A stretch of DNA of 64,000 bases from Terriglobia bacterium (GCA_963788505.1 CAWBGY010000005.1:447565-511564), one strand, 5' to 3'. Positions 20,378 to 29,788 are shown, numbered from the stretch's first letter. Numbers and translations: made by a program. The notes: generated by a model from the sequence alone, not told the origin.

Positions 20378-21627
20378 GCATCACCTCGCAGCGCGTACAC
20401 CGGATCAAACTTCACCGCCCGCCGGATGGCTGCAGCACTCCCGGCAAAAGTTACGAGCACGGCAATGGTCAGAATGATGGGCAAGAGCACCGGCTGGATG
20501 GTGATCTGCGAATCGAAAATAGATTGTCCGATCTGACGCGCCAGGAGCGCGCCCCCAACGAAGCCCACGCCTCCGGCCAGCAAGGCCAGCAGCGTAGCTT
20601 CGGCAAAAAACAAGACCGCCACCGCCAGGTTACCCGCGCCTAAAGCTTTCATTAAGCCCACCTCGCTGCGTCGATCCACCACCGCGGTCGCCATCGAAGC
20701 GGAAACCGCCAGAGCGGAGGCCAGCAAGGCGGCCAGGGTAATCAGTAGCATCAGCCCCTGGATGCGGGAAAGTACAGTGCCTTCATTCTGCGCCACCTGG
20801 CGAATCTGTTCCGCGTGGGAGTGGGGAATCGCCTCCTGCAACTGGAATGCGATGGACTGCGCGTAAGGAGAGCAGTACCAGCGGTCGTACATCTCAGGCG
20901 ACATGCTTTTGGGATCGCGGCGGGCGAAAGCATCTTCGGGCTTGGTCACGGCGCTGACGTAGATGCGACGCACCGCGCCGGGCTTGCCGAGAATCTGCTG
21001 GGCCAGGGAAAGAGGCGCGACGATCTGATCATCCTCCGGCCCGCCGGTGGAAAGAATGCCCGCAATCCGGCGTGGGTGACCGTCGATTTCAATTTCCTGG
21101 CCAGGCGTCCGCTCAAGTCTTGCTGCGACGTGATCACCCAGCAGGACGTCCTCCGAGTTATCGTCCGGCCATGCCCCCTGTACTTTCCACCAGGGATGGG
21201 TGGTGCGAACGCCGGTGACGAAATCCTGTTTTCCAAATACAACGTTCCGGGCAAAGTATGTTCCCAGCAGCGTGAGGTTTCCCGCACTGGTCGTAACATT
21301 GACCGGCAGCATGGGGGCGAAACCCACGATGTTGTTGCGCCAGAACATACCTCTGATTCTGGGCAGATCAGCTTCGTTCAGGTATGCCCCGTCACTGGGT
21401 GGCTTCAGGTTCACGCCCCCAATCTCGAGATCCAGCGTGTCTTCCTGGGGTGTGACGATGAGGTTGGCGCCGTAAGTACGCAACTCGCGGCTGATCTTGT
21501 CGCCGATATCAGTGGCAACCGCGATCATGGCCGTGGCTACGCCCACGCCCAGCATGATGGCAACTCCGGCCAGCAGTTTGCGGCGCTTCTGCCGCCGGAA
21601 GGACTCATAAAGTAGGCGTAGGAACAT
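20374..21627 (-). CDS. ABC transporter permease, MacB/FtsX type (4 TM, large periplasmic domain)
   Basis: MFLRLLYESFRRQKRRKLLAGVAIMLGV..., periplasmic domain, FtsX-like C-terminus (DRRSEVGLMKALGAGN). 3-nt gap to the upstream FTR1 gene. Confidence 0.8.
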   Translation of the reverse strand: MFLRLLYESFRRQKRRKLLAGVAIMLGVGVATAMIAVATDIGDKISRELRTYGANLIVTPQEDTLDLEIGGVNLKPPSDGAYLNEADLPRIRGMFWRNNIVGFAPMLPVNVTTSAGNLTLLGTYFARNVVFGKQDFVTGVRTTHPWWKVQGAWPDDNSEDVLLGDHVAARLERTPGQEIEIDGHPRRIAGILSTGGPEDDQIVAPLSLAQQILGKPGAVRRIYVSAVTKPEDAFARRDPKSMSPEMYDRWYCSPYAQSIAFQLQEAIPHSHAEQIRQVAQNEGTVLSRIQGLMLLITLAALLASALAVSASMATAVVDRRSEVGLMKALGAGNLAVAVLFFAEATLLALLAGGVGFVGGALLARQIGQSIFDSQITIQPVLLPIILTIAVLVTFAGSAAAIRRAVKFDPVYALRGDA

Positions 21628-21630
21628 GGG

Positions 21631-22878
21631 TCAGGGTTTGAAAATATGAGCACCGGCCGCGACGTCGGCCTCGCGGATGATGACCGCATCCGCGGTCTGT
21701 TCGGCGCGCAGGGGAATCGGGTTGCAGCCGCCGGTCATGCCGACGGACTGCGCATTGATCGGCGCCGCGCAGTTCTTGCAGATGACCCCGTTCGGTCCTT
21801 TGTAGAAACCAACGGGGCCGCAAATCTGGCAAGCATCGAACACAGTGGCAATTTTGCCGTCCGGCTTCTTGTACAGCCAGAAACGGACCTCCGTACCATT
21901 TTCCCTGGCTGAAAAGCGATGAAGGTCGCCGTCCGCCACCTGCGTGATCGGAATGCTCACCTGTCCGTCATGAAAAGTCACTGCAGTCGCGGGCGACAGG
22001 GAACTCACGCTCTTGGCGTAGATGAATTCTGCCGTGACCATGAGGATGAACAAGAACGAACTGGCATAGACGGAAACCATCCACAGGCGTTCGCGACGGG
22101 CGCTCCACTGCGCCTTGCGCCGCTCGGCGGGAGAGTCGGGAAGGACAACTGGCTGGCGGCGTTTGACCTCGAGCAGCACCATCAAGGCCGCCAATGCGAC
22201 GATGGTCACAAAAAAGAACAGGTCATTGCGCACGATGGGACCGACCAGAGCCATCTCCCTGCGTGAGGAGGGAAGGACTCCGTTTTCAGAAAGCTCATGG
22301 AGTCCGGAGATAATTAACTGGGCCGCCACAAAAAACAGAATGGCGGTGGTGACCCGAAAGAACTTCTGCAGATTGACGCGGACGCTGCCCTTAACGAACA
22401 TCACTCCAAACACAATGGCCACGATCACGCCGGACAGTGTGCCCAGAAAGCTGAGCAGTTCGGTAGAGTTCAGCGACACCGCTCCCAGGATAAGGACGGT
22501 TTCCACGCCCTCGCGCAGGACCATGAGAAAGACAAACAGAAACAAGCCGAACCGGGCATTGTGGCCGGCCAGCAGGCCGACTTTGCCTTCGATCTGTCCC
22601 TTGAGGGCGCGGCCCGTCTTCATCATGAAAACGATCATGGTGATGACGAAGAAGGCGGCGACCAGCATGATCCAGCCTTCGAAAATGTCCTGATTCCACT
22701 GGGTGCGCGACAGCAGAATCGCGATCCCGATGCTGCCCAGAAATGCGGCGATCAGAGCGGTGAAAACAGACTTGCGCAACTCGGGCCGGCCGATCTTCGT
22801 GAGATAGGCCAGGGTAATGCCGACGATAAGCGCGGCTTCGACCCCTTCGCGCAAGGTAACGATGAATGCCTGCAGCAT
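21631..22878 (-). CDS. FTR1/EfeU-type iron permease fused to a C-terminal Cys-rich DUF2318/FtrD-like domain
   Basis: Two REGVE motifs (TLREGVEAAL, VLREGVETVL) in a 7-TM region. Then an extra TM and FDACQICGPVGFYKGPNGVICKNCAAPINAQSVGMTGGCNPIPL. ATG 22878 (MLQAFIVTLREG) is preferred over GTG 22896. Confidence 0.8.
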   Translation of the reverse strand: MLQAFIVTLREGVEAALIVGITLAYLTKIGRPELRKSVFTALIAAFLGSIGIAILLSRTQWNQDIFEGWIMLVAAFFVITMIVFMMKTGRALKGQIEGKVGLLAGHNARFGLFLFVFLMVLREGVETVLILGAVSLNSTELLSFLGTLSGVIVAIVFGVMFVKGSVRVNLQKFFRVTTAILFFVAAQLIISGLHELSENGVLPSSRREMALVGPIVRNDLFFFVTIVALAALMVLLEVKRRQPVVLPDSPAERRKAQWSARRERLWMVSVYASSFLFILMVTAEFIYAKSVSSLSPATAVTFHDGQVSIPITQVADGDLHRFSARENGTEVRFWLYKKPDGKIATVFDACQICGPVGFYKGPNGVICKNCAAPINAQSVGMTGGCNPIPLRAEQTADAVIIREADVAAGAHIFKP

Positions 22879-22897
22879 CTTGTGGAAAAGCCTCACT

Positions 22898-22916
22898 ATT
22901 GCAACTCAGTTGCAAT
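22898..22916. promoter_or_regulatory. Perfect 19-bp palindrome (8-3-8) in the leader of the iron-permease operon; candidate operator or 5'-UTR hairpin
   Basis: ATTGCAAC-TCA-GTTGCAAT, 20 nt upstream of ATG 22878, directly upstream of the GAGG RBS and downstream of the candidate promoter. Confidence 0.4.
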
Positions 22917-22941
22917 TACGACCGCGATTGCCACTGCGCTA

Positions 22942-22971
22942 AGAATAGTCTCCCCCTGGTGCAAGCGTCAA
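22942..22971 (-). promoter_or_regulatory. Candidate sigma70-type promoter of the iron-permease operon
   Basis: Minus strand: TTGACG-18 nt-TATTCT. Confidence 0.3.
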
Positions 22972-23004
22972 CGCAGCTCTATCCCGTCGGGCCAATTCGG
23001 CAGG

Positions 23005-23126
23005 CCTTCGCGACCTTTGCGGTGCCCTTTGCGTCCTTTGCGGTTAAGAATTTTGCGTGATTTGCAGCAGGATCAAACCCTCTAACCGCAAAGGGCGCAA
23101 AGGGGACCGCAAAGGTCGCAAAGAAG
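23005..23126. repeat. CGCAAAG/CTTTGCG hairpin element (family R1), copy 3
   Basis: gcgaCCTTTGCGGtgcCCTTTGCGtcCTTTGCGGTTAAG - 34-nt loop - TAACCGCAAAGggCGCAAAGgggaCCGCAAAGgtCGCAAAGaagg. Confidence 0.8.
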
Positions 23127-23169
23127 GCGGTAGGAATAAATTCGGATATCGCCGGTTTCCAGGCTGGCG

Positions 23170-23856
23170 CTACAGATGCTTGAGGAATTGCTTTGCTTCT
23201 TCCAGCCGCGGGAACAGCCGCTCTTCGGCCTGGAACTCGGCGGAGTGCACGCACCTGCGGCTGCCTCGCAATCTTACCGGATGCTTGAGGTGGAGCATCT
23301 CGTGATACACGATGTACTCGACGGCGCAACGGGGAACGCGGGGCTGGTCGAAGATGCGGCTCACGACGATGGCGTTGTGGGCGGGATCGTAGTGGCCGAG
23401 GCTGTTGCGGGCACGTTCGCGACTCCAGGTCATCTGCGGGCGAGCCAGCAGGCCGTGGAAAAACCGCGTATTGAGATCTTCAAACACTGCTTCCAGGTCG
23501 TAGGTGCGGCCCTGGGCGGAGTCGAGATGCTTGCGGCCCCGCATTTGGCGCACCAGGTGGGCCTTCCGGCTGATGTGATGGCTGGAAACGTACCGGCGAT
23601 AGCGGGCCGCGGCCTCGCGGTCCACCGGCCGGCGGTACATCTTGGCCAGGAGAATGTGGGCGATGGCCTGCAAAACCGCCGCGGGCGCGCCTTCCAGCAG
23701 GTCCGAGAGTCGTACCAGCAGCCGGCCTTCGCGCATCCGGATGGTGTTCTTGATGCTGGTGAAAGCGAAGAATTCCACCTTCAGATCGGGCAAGGAGGCG
23801 TCAGGGCGAAGGTCGCGATACGCTTGCTCAAAGATTTGTAGAACGCTGTTGCTCAC
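23170..23856 (-). CDS. SprT-like / DUF45-like zinc metalloprotease-domain protein
   Basis: 228 aa. HExxH in IVYHEMLHLKH followed by RRCVHSAEFQAEERLFP, typical of SprT/WLM-type minimal metalloproteases. Confidence 0.6.
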   Translation of the reverse strand: MSNSVLQIFEQAYRDLRPDASLPDLKVEFFAFTSIKNTIRMREGRLLVRLSDLLEGAPAAVLQAIAHILLAKMYRRPVDREAAARYRRYVSSHHISRKAHLVRQMRGRKHLDSAQGRTYDLEAVFEDLNTRFFHGLLARPQMTWSRERARNSLGHYDPAHNAIVVSRIFDQPRVPRCAVEYIVYHEMLHLKHPVRLRGSRRCVHSAEFQAEERLFPRLEEAKQFLKHL

Positions 23857-24039
23857 GTTCGGCTAGATTAGCACGACAAAACTTCCTGCACTGCGAAGGG
23901 CACGCAGGACGCAAGAACTTCGGAATTCAGGTCGCGGATCAGTTTGTAAAAGCGTTGACCACAAAGGGCACGAAGGTACACGAAGGAACCCTGGAGACCG
24001 CGGCCTTGGCGATAGCTCAAACTGATCCACGGCCAACAT

Positions 24040-24576
24040 TCAAGGCTTCGCTGACTTTTTATGCTTGGCGGCTTCTTCCTGTTCGCTCAGGAGCTGGCGG
24101 TGGTCCTGCACACTGCTGTCTAAAGTATCGAGCGCGTTGGAAAGCAGGAATTCATATTGCAGGACCTCCTCTTTTTTGGCGGTGGTGTCGTCTCGCAGGG
24201 CCCGCAGCTTGGCCTGAAACTCAGTGTCGCCATCAATGACCGCTTTCAGCACCTTGCGCAAGTCCGATTTGCGATCGACGTAGGTGTCGATGTTGTCGTT
24301 CAATTCGTCGTAAACATCGAGGAAGTCCTGCAGGCGATCATGGGTCACCAGACCACGGTCGGTTGTCTTGGGATCGGAGCGCGCCTGCTCCAGTGCCACC
24401 AGCCGTGCCCGGGCGAACGTGACATAGAGTTTGAGCCGGAGGTCGGGCTCCATGGCGGTGTCGCGCAGCTGGTCGATCTCGGGAGCCGTGAGTGGATCGC
24501 GTTTTTGCTGGGCCAGGGCCGGTGAAAGCAGCAGAAAGAAGGCGCAGCACGCGAGGCCGGCGCGAATGGCAATCAC
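24040..24576 (-). CDS. Secreted all-helical hypothetical protein
   Basis: Signal peptide ..FFLLLSPALAQ, charged helical body. GTGA overlap with the upstream gene. Confidence 0.55.
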   Translation of the reverse strand: MIAIRAGLACCAFFLLLSPALAQQKRDPLTAPEIDQLRDTAMEPDLRLKLYVTFARARLVALEQARSDPKTTDRGLVTHDRLQDFLDVYDELNDNIDTYVDRKSDLRKVLKAVIDGDTEFQAKLRALRDDTTAKKEEVLQYEFLLSNALDTLDSSVQDHRQLLSEQEEAAKHKKSAKP

Positions 24577-25016
24577 TTGTTCCTCTTTTTTCCGAACATG
24601 GCGGAGAGCAGGTCGGTCCGCATCTTCTCAAGGTCATCAACCGCCTGTTGGATCGGGGCCTGGTCATCAAAGGCAACGGCACGTTTGATGTCTCGAAATT
24701 TTTCCGCTATCTTGCGCAAGCTGATCTCGGTGTTCTTCAGCTTCTTTCCGGTAGCGATGGCTGCATCCGTAGCCTTCCTGGAAAACGTCACCACGCCGTG
24801 CAGGGCGGCACTGCCTGCTTGTGCGTTGCCGGCATCGTAAAGCTTGTCAGCGGCCTCCGCCTTTCGGCGGGCGATTTCGATGTAGAGGGCCGGTTGATCG
24901 TTCGGACGGGCGGATTCGGCTCGAGCAATGAGTTGATCGAGGCTCTCGCTTTTACTTGCGAACGCGGCCAGAGAAGCCACCACGAGGAGCGCGAGAATCG
25001 ATATCCGGGTCCGCAT
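24573..25016 (-). CDS. Secreted all-helical hypothetical protein
   Basis: MRTRISILALLVVASLAAFA signal peptide (ATG 25016; alternative TTG 25040). Directly downstream of the TPR protein gene. Confidence 0.55.
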   Translation of the reverse strand: MRTRISILALLVVASLAAFASKSESLDQLIARAESARPNDQPALYIEIARRKAEAADKLYDAGNAQAGSAALHGVVTFSRKATDAAIATGKKLKNTEISLRKIAEKFRDIKRAVAFDDQAPIQQAVDDLEKMRTDLLSAMFGKKRNK

Positions 25017-25023
25017 CTTCAGG

Positions 25024-26364
25024 TCATTTTCTGGGTTCAATCGTGATCAGGCGATGGCGAGCCTGCCATTCCTGGTCGGGAAAGTTCCCCGTCGCTGTCT
25101 CCAGAAAGCGGTGATAATTCTCCGCTGCCGGCTTGTACTCCCGCAAGTGATCGTAGGCGGTGGCCCGCAGGAAATAGCCGATCGGGAGCTCAGGCAGAAG
25201 TTTGGCGCGTGCATCCAGCGCCTTGATCACCAGTTCGTAGTTCTTGTTTTCGTTGGCGGCGGCGGCCAGATCGCCGTAAGCGGTGCCCATCGTGGGCTTG
25301 AGCTGGAGCGCAGCCAGCAGTTCCTGCTGGGCCTGGGGAAATTTGCGCTGCTGGAGAAGGGCACGGCCCAGGCCGTAGTGCAATTCGGGGTCGTTTGGCT
25401 TGGAAGTCAGCAGGGCGCGGTATTGCGCTTCGGCCAGATCGTATTTCTTGGCGGTGGTGTATAAGTCCGCCAGGTCCATTTGTACGGAAGCGTCGCCGGG
25501 AGCCATCTTTAGCGCCACCTGCAATTCAGCGATGGCCGGCTCGTTCTGGCCGTCAGCCGCCAGCATGCGACCAAGCTGCAGGTGCGCGCCCGCGTCTCCG
25601 GGATGGAGTGCGACCAGCTTGCGCAGGATTTCCTCGGCCTCGGTGTAGCGATGGCCGCGCATGTAGATATTGGCCATGCCGGTGAGGGCATCGGCGGACG
25701 AAGGATCCAGGGCGAATGCCTGCTTGTACTCCTGCTCGGCGTCCGCAAAGAGGTTTTGATTCTCCAGCAGCGGGCCGGCCGAAAGGTGAGGCTCCGGATC
25801 CCTGGGGTCCAACTGGGCAGCCTGCTTGTAGGCCTCGATGGCACCATCAGGGTTGCTGGTCTCGATCACATGGCCTAGGGACAGCCAGGCGCGGGCCTGA
25901 CCTTCGGCAACGTGCGCAGTGGGCTTCAGTTTTGTTGCTGCTCGTAGAAACTGTTCGGCGCCCGGTTGGTGCGCTTTCACCAGCATGAGGCCAAGATTCA
26001 GATTGGATTCGAACACGCCCGGTTTGGCCGCGACTGACTTGCGGTAGGCGGCAATTGAGTCTTCGGTCTTACCGGTTGCGTTGTAGAGGAATCCCAGGTC
26101 GAACCAGGCAGCGAAGTTATCAGGATCCTGGGCAACGACTTTTTTCAGCAAAGGCTCCGCCGTCACGTAGTCCTGCTTTTCAATCGCGCTCTCGGCCCGG
26201 ATGAGTTCGGGCGGCGAGGAGGGATCGGCGACCGCCACTTTGTGATGTCGGATGGTCTCGCCGGTTTGGGCTAAACCGGAGCCGGCGAATGCAAATATTG
26301 TGAGCAGTACGATCACACGTAGACCCAGACGTCCTCGTCTGGGCGGGCGAGCACAGCTCGCCAA
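25024..26364 (-). CDS. Secreted tetratricopeptide-repeat (TPR) protein
   Basis: Many TPR units (AEPLLKKVVAQDPDNFAAWFDLGFLY...). The ORF is open to 26490, but that extension overlaps uvrA and repeat R3. A start near TTG 26364 gives a normal signal peptide (..RRGRLGLRVIVLLTIFAFAGSGLAQ). Confidence 0.75.
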   Translation of the reverse strand: MASCARPPRRGRLGLRVIVLLTIFAFAGSGLAQTGETIRHHKVAVADPSSPPELIRAESAIEKQDYVTAEPLLKKVVAQDPDNFAAWFDLGFLYNATGKTEDSIAAYRKSVAAKPGVFESNLNLGLMLVKAHQPGAEQFLRAATKLKPTAHVAEGQARAWLSLGHVIETSNPDGAIEAYKQAAQLDPRDPEPHLSAGPLLENQNLFADAEQEYKQAFALDPSSADALTGMANIYMRGHRYTEAEEILRKLVALHPGDAGAHLQLGRMLAADGQNEPAIAELQVALKMAPGDASVQMDLADLYTTAKKYDLAEAQYRALLTSKPNDPELHYGLGRALLQQRKFPQAQQELLAALQLKPTMGTAYGDLAAAANENKNYELVIKALDARAKLLPELPIGYFLRATAYDHLREYKPAAENYHRFLETATGNFPDQEWQARHRLITIEPRK

Positions 26365-26401
26365 CAGGTTCGCGTCTGATTCCGCACGACGCCCCGCGAT
26401 G

Positions 26402-26447
26402 GCCGAGCTGCGCTCGGCTGGGCGGGTGGGGGCACCCGCCCCTACGT
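26402..26447 (-). repeat. GC-rich double-hairpin element (family R3), copy a
   Basis: Minus strand: CACGTAGGGGCGGGTG-ccccc-ACCCGCCC-AGCCGAGC-gc-AGCTCGGC. Confidence 0.6.
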
Positions 26448-26455
26448 GGGCGTTG

Positions 26456-29400
26456 CTAGTTCCGGCCGTTTGTCGGTTGTCCGTTTCCATTCAGGACTCG
26501 CGCCAGAAACTTTCCCGTGTACGAATTCGGCAGCTTGGCGATGGCCTCCGGCGACCCGGCGCCGACCACGTAGCCGCCCCGTTCGCCACCTTCCGGACCC
26601 AGGTCAATGACCCAGTCCGCGGTCTTGATTACCTCCAGATTATGCTCGATCACCAGGATCGAGCCCCCTGCTTCGATTAGACGCCGGAAGGCAGAGAGTA
26701 GTTTGCTGACATCGTCGAAATGCAGCCCGGTTGTGGGCTCGTCAAAAATATAGAGCATGCGATTACGGCGACGGGCGCGGTCCGCGGAACTTGAGGGGCG
26801 GCCGATGTCCCGCGATGCCGGCTGCAGGTGGGCCGCCAGCTTCATGCGCTGCGCCTCGCCCCCGGAAAGCGTGGTCGCCGATTGGCCCAAACGCAGATAG
26901 CCGAGTCCGACTTCTTCCAGCACGCGCAACTTCTCCACCACCTTGGGCACGCCGGAGAAGAAATGCAAAGCCTCTCGTACGGTAAGATTCAGGACTTCGT
27001 GAATGTTCTTGCCGCGATATCGTACTTCCAGAACCTGCGGCTTGTAGCGGGCGCCCTTGCATTCTTCACAGACCAGTTCGACGTCGGCGAGAAATTGCAT
27101 TTCCACCGTGACCGTACCGTCGCCCTGGCAGGTTTCGCAGCGGCCTCCGGGAATGTTGAAGGAAAAATGCCCGGCGCTGAAGCCTCGCTTCTTGGCCTCG
27201 GGCAGCGAGGCAAAGAGGTCCCGGATTCCATCGAAGGCCTTGATGTAGGTCACCGGATTCGAACGCGGAGTTCGGCCGATCGGGGACTGGTCCACCAATA
27301 TCACGTCGTCGATGAGATCGTCGCCTTCCAGTTCTCTCCAGTCGGGAGACGGCAGGGGCGCCCCGTTGGTTTGCCTTTTGGCGGCTGACAGTGCCTGAAA
27401 CAGAACATCATGCAGGAGTGTCGATTTACCAGATCCCGAAACGCCGGTGATAGCTACCAGCATTCCCAGGGGAACCGCGAAGTCGATATTTTTCAAATTG
27501 TGCGCCCGCGCCCCGAGGATTTTGATCTGCCGCGAGCCCGGTTTGCGGCGCGTGGGAGGAAGCTGGATCCGGAGCTCGCCGGAGAGGTAGCGTCCGGTCA
27601 GGGAAGCGGGAGCCTTCAGTATCTCGTCGTAACTTCCTACCGCGATCACCTGGCCGCCGCTTTCTCCCGCGCCCGGGCCAAGGTCGAGAATACGATCGGA
27701 GGCGCGCATGACATCGGGGTCGTGCTCGACGACGAGGATGGTGTTTCCCAAGTCGCGCAGGTCGTGCAGAATTTTGATCAGGCGGTGGGTGTCGCGGCTG
27801 TGCAATCCGATGGAGGGTTCGTCCAGCACGTATAACGTCCCTACCAGGCGCGACCCCAGGGAAGTGGCCAGCTGAATGCGCTGGGCTTCGCCACCGGAAA
27901 GGGTCGAAGCCAACCGATCCAGGGTCAGGTATTCCAGGCCCACATCAATCAGGAACTGCAAGCGTTCGTGGATCTCCTCCAGCAACTTGTCGGCAATGGC
28001 GGACTCCTGATCGGTCAGCTTGACCCCGGAGAAGAACCTTGAGGCCTCTTCGACGGTCATGCTGGTGATCTGACAGATGTTCTTGCCATCGATCCTGACC
28101 TGCTGGGCCTCGATTCGCAGCCGCGCGCCGCCGCAGGCTGAGCAGGTCGAATAGCCGCGGTAACGGCTGAGGAAGACGCGCACGTGCAGCTTGTATTTCT
28201 TGCGTTCGAGATAATTAAAAAAACCGCGTATGCCGGGGAACTTGCCCTCGCCTTCGACCACCTTCCGGCGCTGCTCCGGGTCAAGCTCGGCCCACGGAAG
28301 GTCAAGCGGGATACCAGCCTGCTTGGCGAAGCGTTTGAGCTCAGCAAAGAGCGTCCGATGCTTGGGCTTCGTCCATGGATCGATGGCGCCTTCGTTCAGA
28401 GACTTCGATTTGTCGGGAATCACCAGGTCGAGATCGAAGTCGATCGTGTTGCCAAATCCCTGGCAACGGGGGCAGGCACCGTACGGATTATTGAAGGAGA
28501 ACAGGTGGGGCTCCGGCTCCTGATAGCGCAGGTTGCATTGCTTGCACTCGAAACGCTGGGAAAAACGAAGCCGCTGTAGGGGCTGGTCGTCGCGCGGGGC
28601 GGTCTCGAAGATGACCTCGCCGGCCTCGCGATAGCTGATCTCGATGGCATCCACGATGCGGGCGCGGGCCTCTGGAGACACCACCAGGCGGTCAACCAGC
28701 AGGAAGACGGGCTGGCCGAAGTTAACGTCGAGCAGCGACTCAGGGGTGGAGAATTCGAAGATCTGGCCGTTCTGGTACAGGCGGTTGAAACCGCGCTGGC
28801 GCAGTTCGAACAGGCGGGTCCGCAATTGATCGGAGAGCGTGAGATCCGGACTAACCTTGCGGCGCGCGCGAGACGCCACCGGGACAGCCGGCGGGTTTTT
28901 CCTGAGCAAAGTCGAAGGAACGCCGGTGCTGCGGTCGGGCATTCGTCTCTTCGCGCGCGGTTCTTTCTCGACGCCGGTGGTTGCGGTCACTCCGCTCTGC
29001 AGCGGGAATAAGGCATTCAGGCGGGTGCCTTCGCCCAGGGCCAGGATCGCGTCCGTTACTTCGTCGACCGTGTCCTTTTTGACTTCCTGACCGCACTGCG
29101 TGCAGAAAGTGCGTCCCACCCGGGCGAAGAGCAGCCTCAGATAGTCGTAGATTTCGGTGGCGGTGCCCACCGTCGATCGCGGATTGCGGGTGGTGTTTTT
29201 CTGGCGGATGGCAACCGCAGGCGCGATTCCGTCGATGGAGTCGGCATCCGGCTTCTCGATACGCTCCAGGAACTGGCGGGCGTAGGCGGAGAGCGACTCG
29301 ACATAGCGTCGCTGGCCTTCGGCATAAATGGTGTCGAAAGCCAGCGACGACTTGCCGGAGCCGGACACGCCGGTGACCACCGTCAATGAATTGTGCGGGA

Positions 29401-29467
29401 TTTCGAAGTCCACGTTCTTGAGGTTGTGAACCCGGGCACCGCGAACCACTATCGTTTCCGTGGACAT
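26456..29467 (-). CDS. uvrA: Excinuclease ABC subunit A
   Basis: Intact 1003-aa [55 protein letters not shown]. Zinc-finger Cys clusters and two ABC modules ([18 protein letters not shown]). Confidence 0.95.
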   Translation of the reverse strand: MSTETIVVRGARVHNLKNVDFEIPHNSLTVVTGVSGSGKSSLAFDTIYAEGQRRYVESLSAYARQFLERIEKPDADSIDGIAPAVAIRQKNTTRNPRSTVGTATEIYDYLRLLFARVGRTFCTQCGQEVKKDTVDEVTDAILALGEGTRLNALFPLQSGVTATTGVEKEPRAKRRMPDRSTGVPSTLLRKNPPAVPVASRARRKVSPDLTLSDQLRTRLFELRQRGFNRLYQNGQIFEFSTPESLLDVNFGQPVFLLVDRLVVSPEARARIVDAIEISYREAGEVIFETAPRDDQPLQRLRFSQRFECKQCNLRYQEPEPHLFSFNNPYGACPRCQGFGNTIDFDLDLVIPDKSKSLNEGAIDPWTKPKHRTLFAELKRFAKQAGIPLDLPWAELDPEQRRKVVEGEGKFPGIRGFFNYLERKKYKLHVRVFLSRYRGYSTCSACGGARLRIEAQQVRIDGKNICQITSMTVEEASRFFSGVKLTDQESAIADKLLEEIHERLQFLIDVGLEYLTLDRLASTLSGGEAQRIQLATSLGSRLVGTLYVLDEPSIGLHSRDTHRLIKILHDLRDLGNTILVVEHDPDVMRASDRILDLGPGAGESGGQVIAVGSYDEILKAPASLTGRYLSGELRIQLPPTRRKPGSRQIKILGARAHNLKNIDFAVPLGMLVAITGVSGSGKSTLLHDVLFQALSAAKRQTNGAPLPSPDWRELEGDDLIDDVILVDQSPIGRTPRSNPVTYIKAFDGIRDLFASLPEAKKRGFSAGHFSFNIPGGRCETCQGDGTVTVEMQFLADVELVCEECKGARYKPQVLEVRYRGKNIHEVLNLTVREALHFFSGVPKVVEKLRVLEEVGLGYLRLGQSATTLSGGEAQRMKLAAHLQPASRDIGRPSSSADRARRRNRMLYIFDEPTTGLHFDDVSKLLSAFRRLIEAGGSILVIEHNLEVIKTADWVIDLGPEGGERGGYVVGAGSPEAIAKLPNSYTGKFLARVLNGNGQPTNGRN

Positions 29468-29594
29468 CAGTTAAGGAGGACCCGTCGCCGCCGCTTTTGG
29501 TCCTTGCTGAGGGTGCTCAGAAGGCGTCAGGAACGACTGGCGAATCCTTCTATTATAAGGCAGTCGTGAGGGAGTGTGGGGGAACCCAAAACGT

Positions 29595-29788
29595 TGTCAT
29601 CCTGAGGAAGCGGGGTCTTTCGCGTTGCGAAAGACCCCCGACGAAGGACCTCTGCATTGCGGAATCATTTCCGGGGCAAGGTTCCATAGCGACTGTGTAC
29701 GCAGCAAGGAAGCGGGCGGGGAATACACAGGTCCTTCGCTTGCTATCGTCCCGCTTCGCGGGACGATAGACTGCGCTCAGGATGACAG
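29595..29788. repeat. TGTCATCCTGAGCG-terminated element (family R2), copy B
   Basis: tTGTCATCCTGAGg ... gCGCTCAGGATGACAg. Hairpins ggggtctttcgc-gtt-gcgaaagacccc and ctatcgtcccgc-ttc-gcgggacgatag. Inner CGAAGGACC / GGTCCTTCG boxes. Confidence 0.8.

Noticed and set aside
22898-22916. Classification of the palindrome as a Fur box or a DtxR/IdeR box.
   Set aside because: The sequence does not match the GATAATGATAATCATTATC or TTAGGTTAGCCTAACCTAA consensus sequences. Only its length and symmetry are comparable, so it is reported as an unassigned operator candidate.
25024-26490. Full 488-aa version of the TPR protein overlapping the 3' end of uvrA.
   Set aside because: The extra N-terminal ~40 aa are encoded by the R3 repeat and by uvrA-overlapping DNA. 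A downstream start yields a canonical signal peptide.
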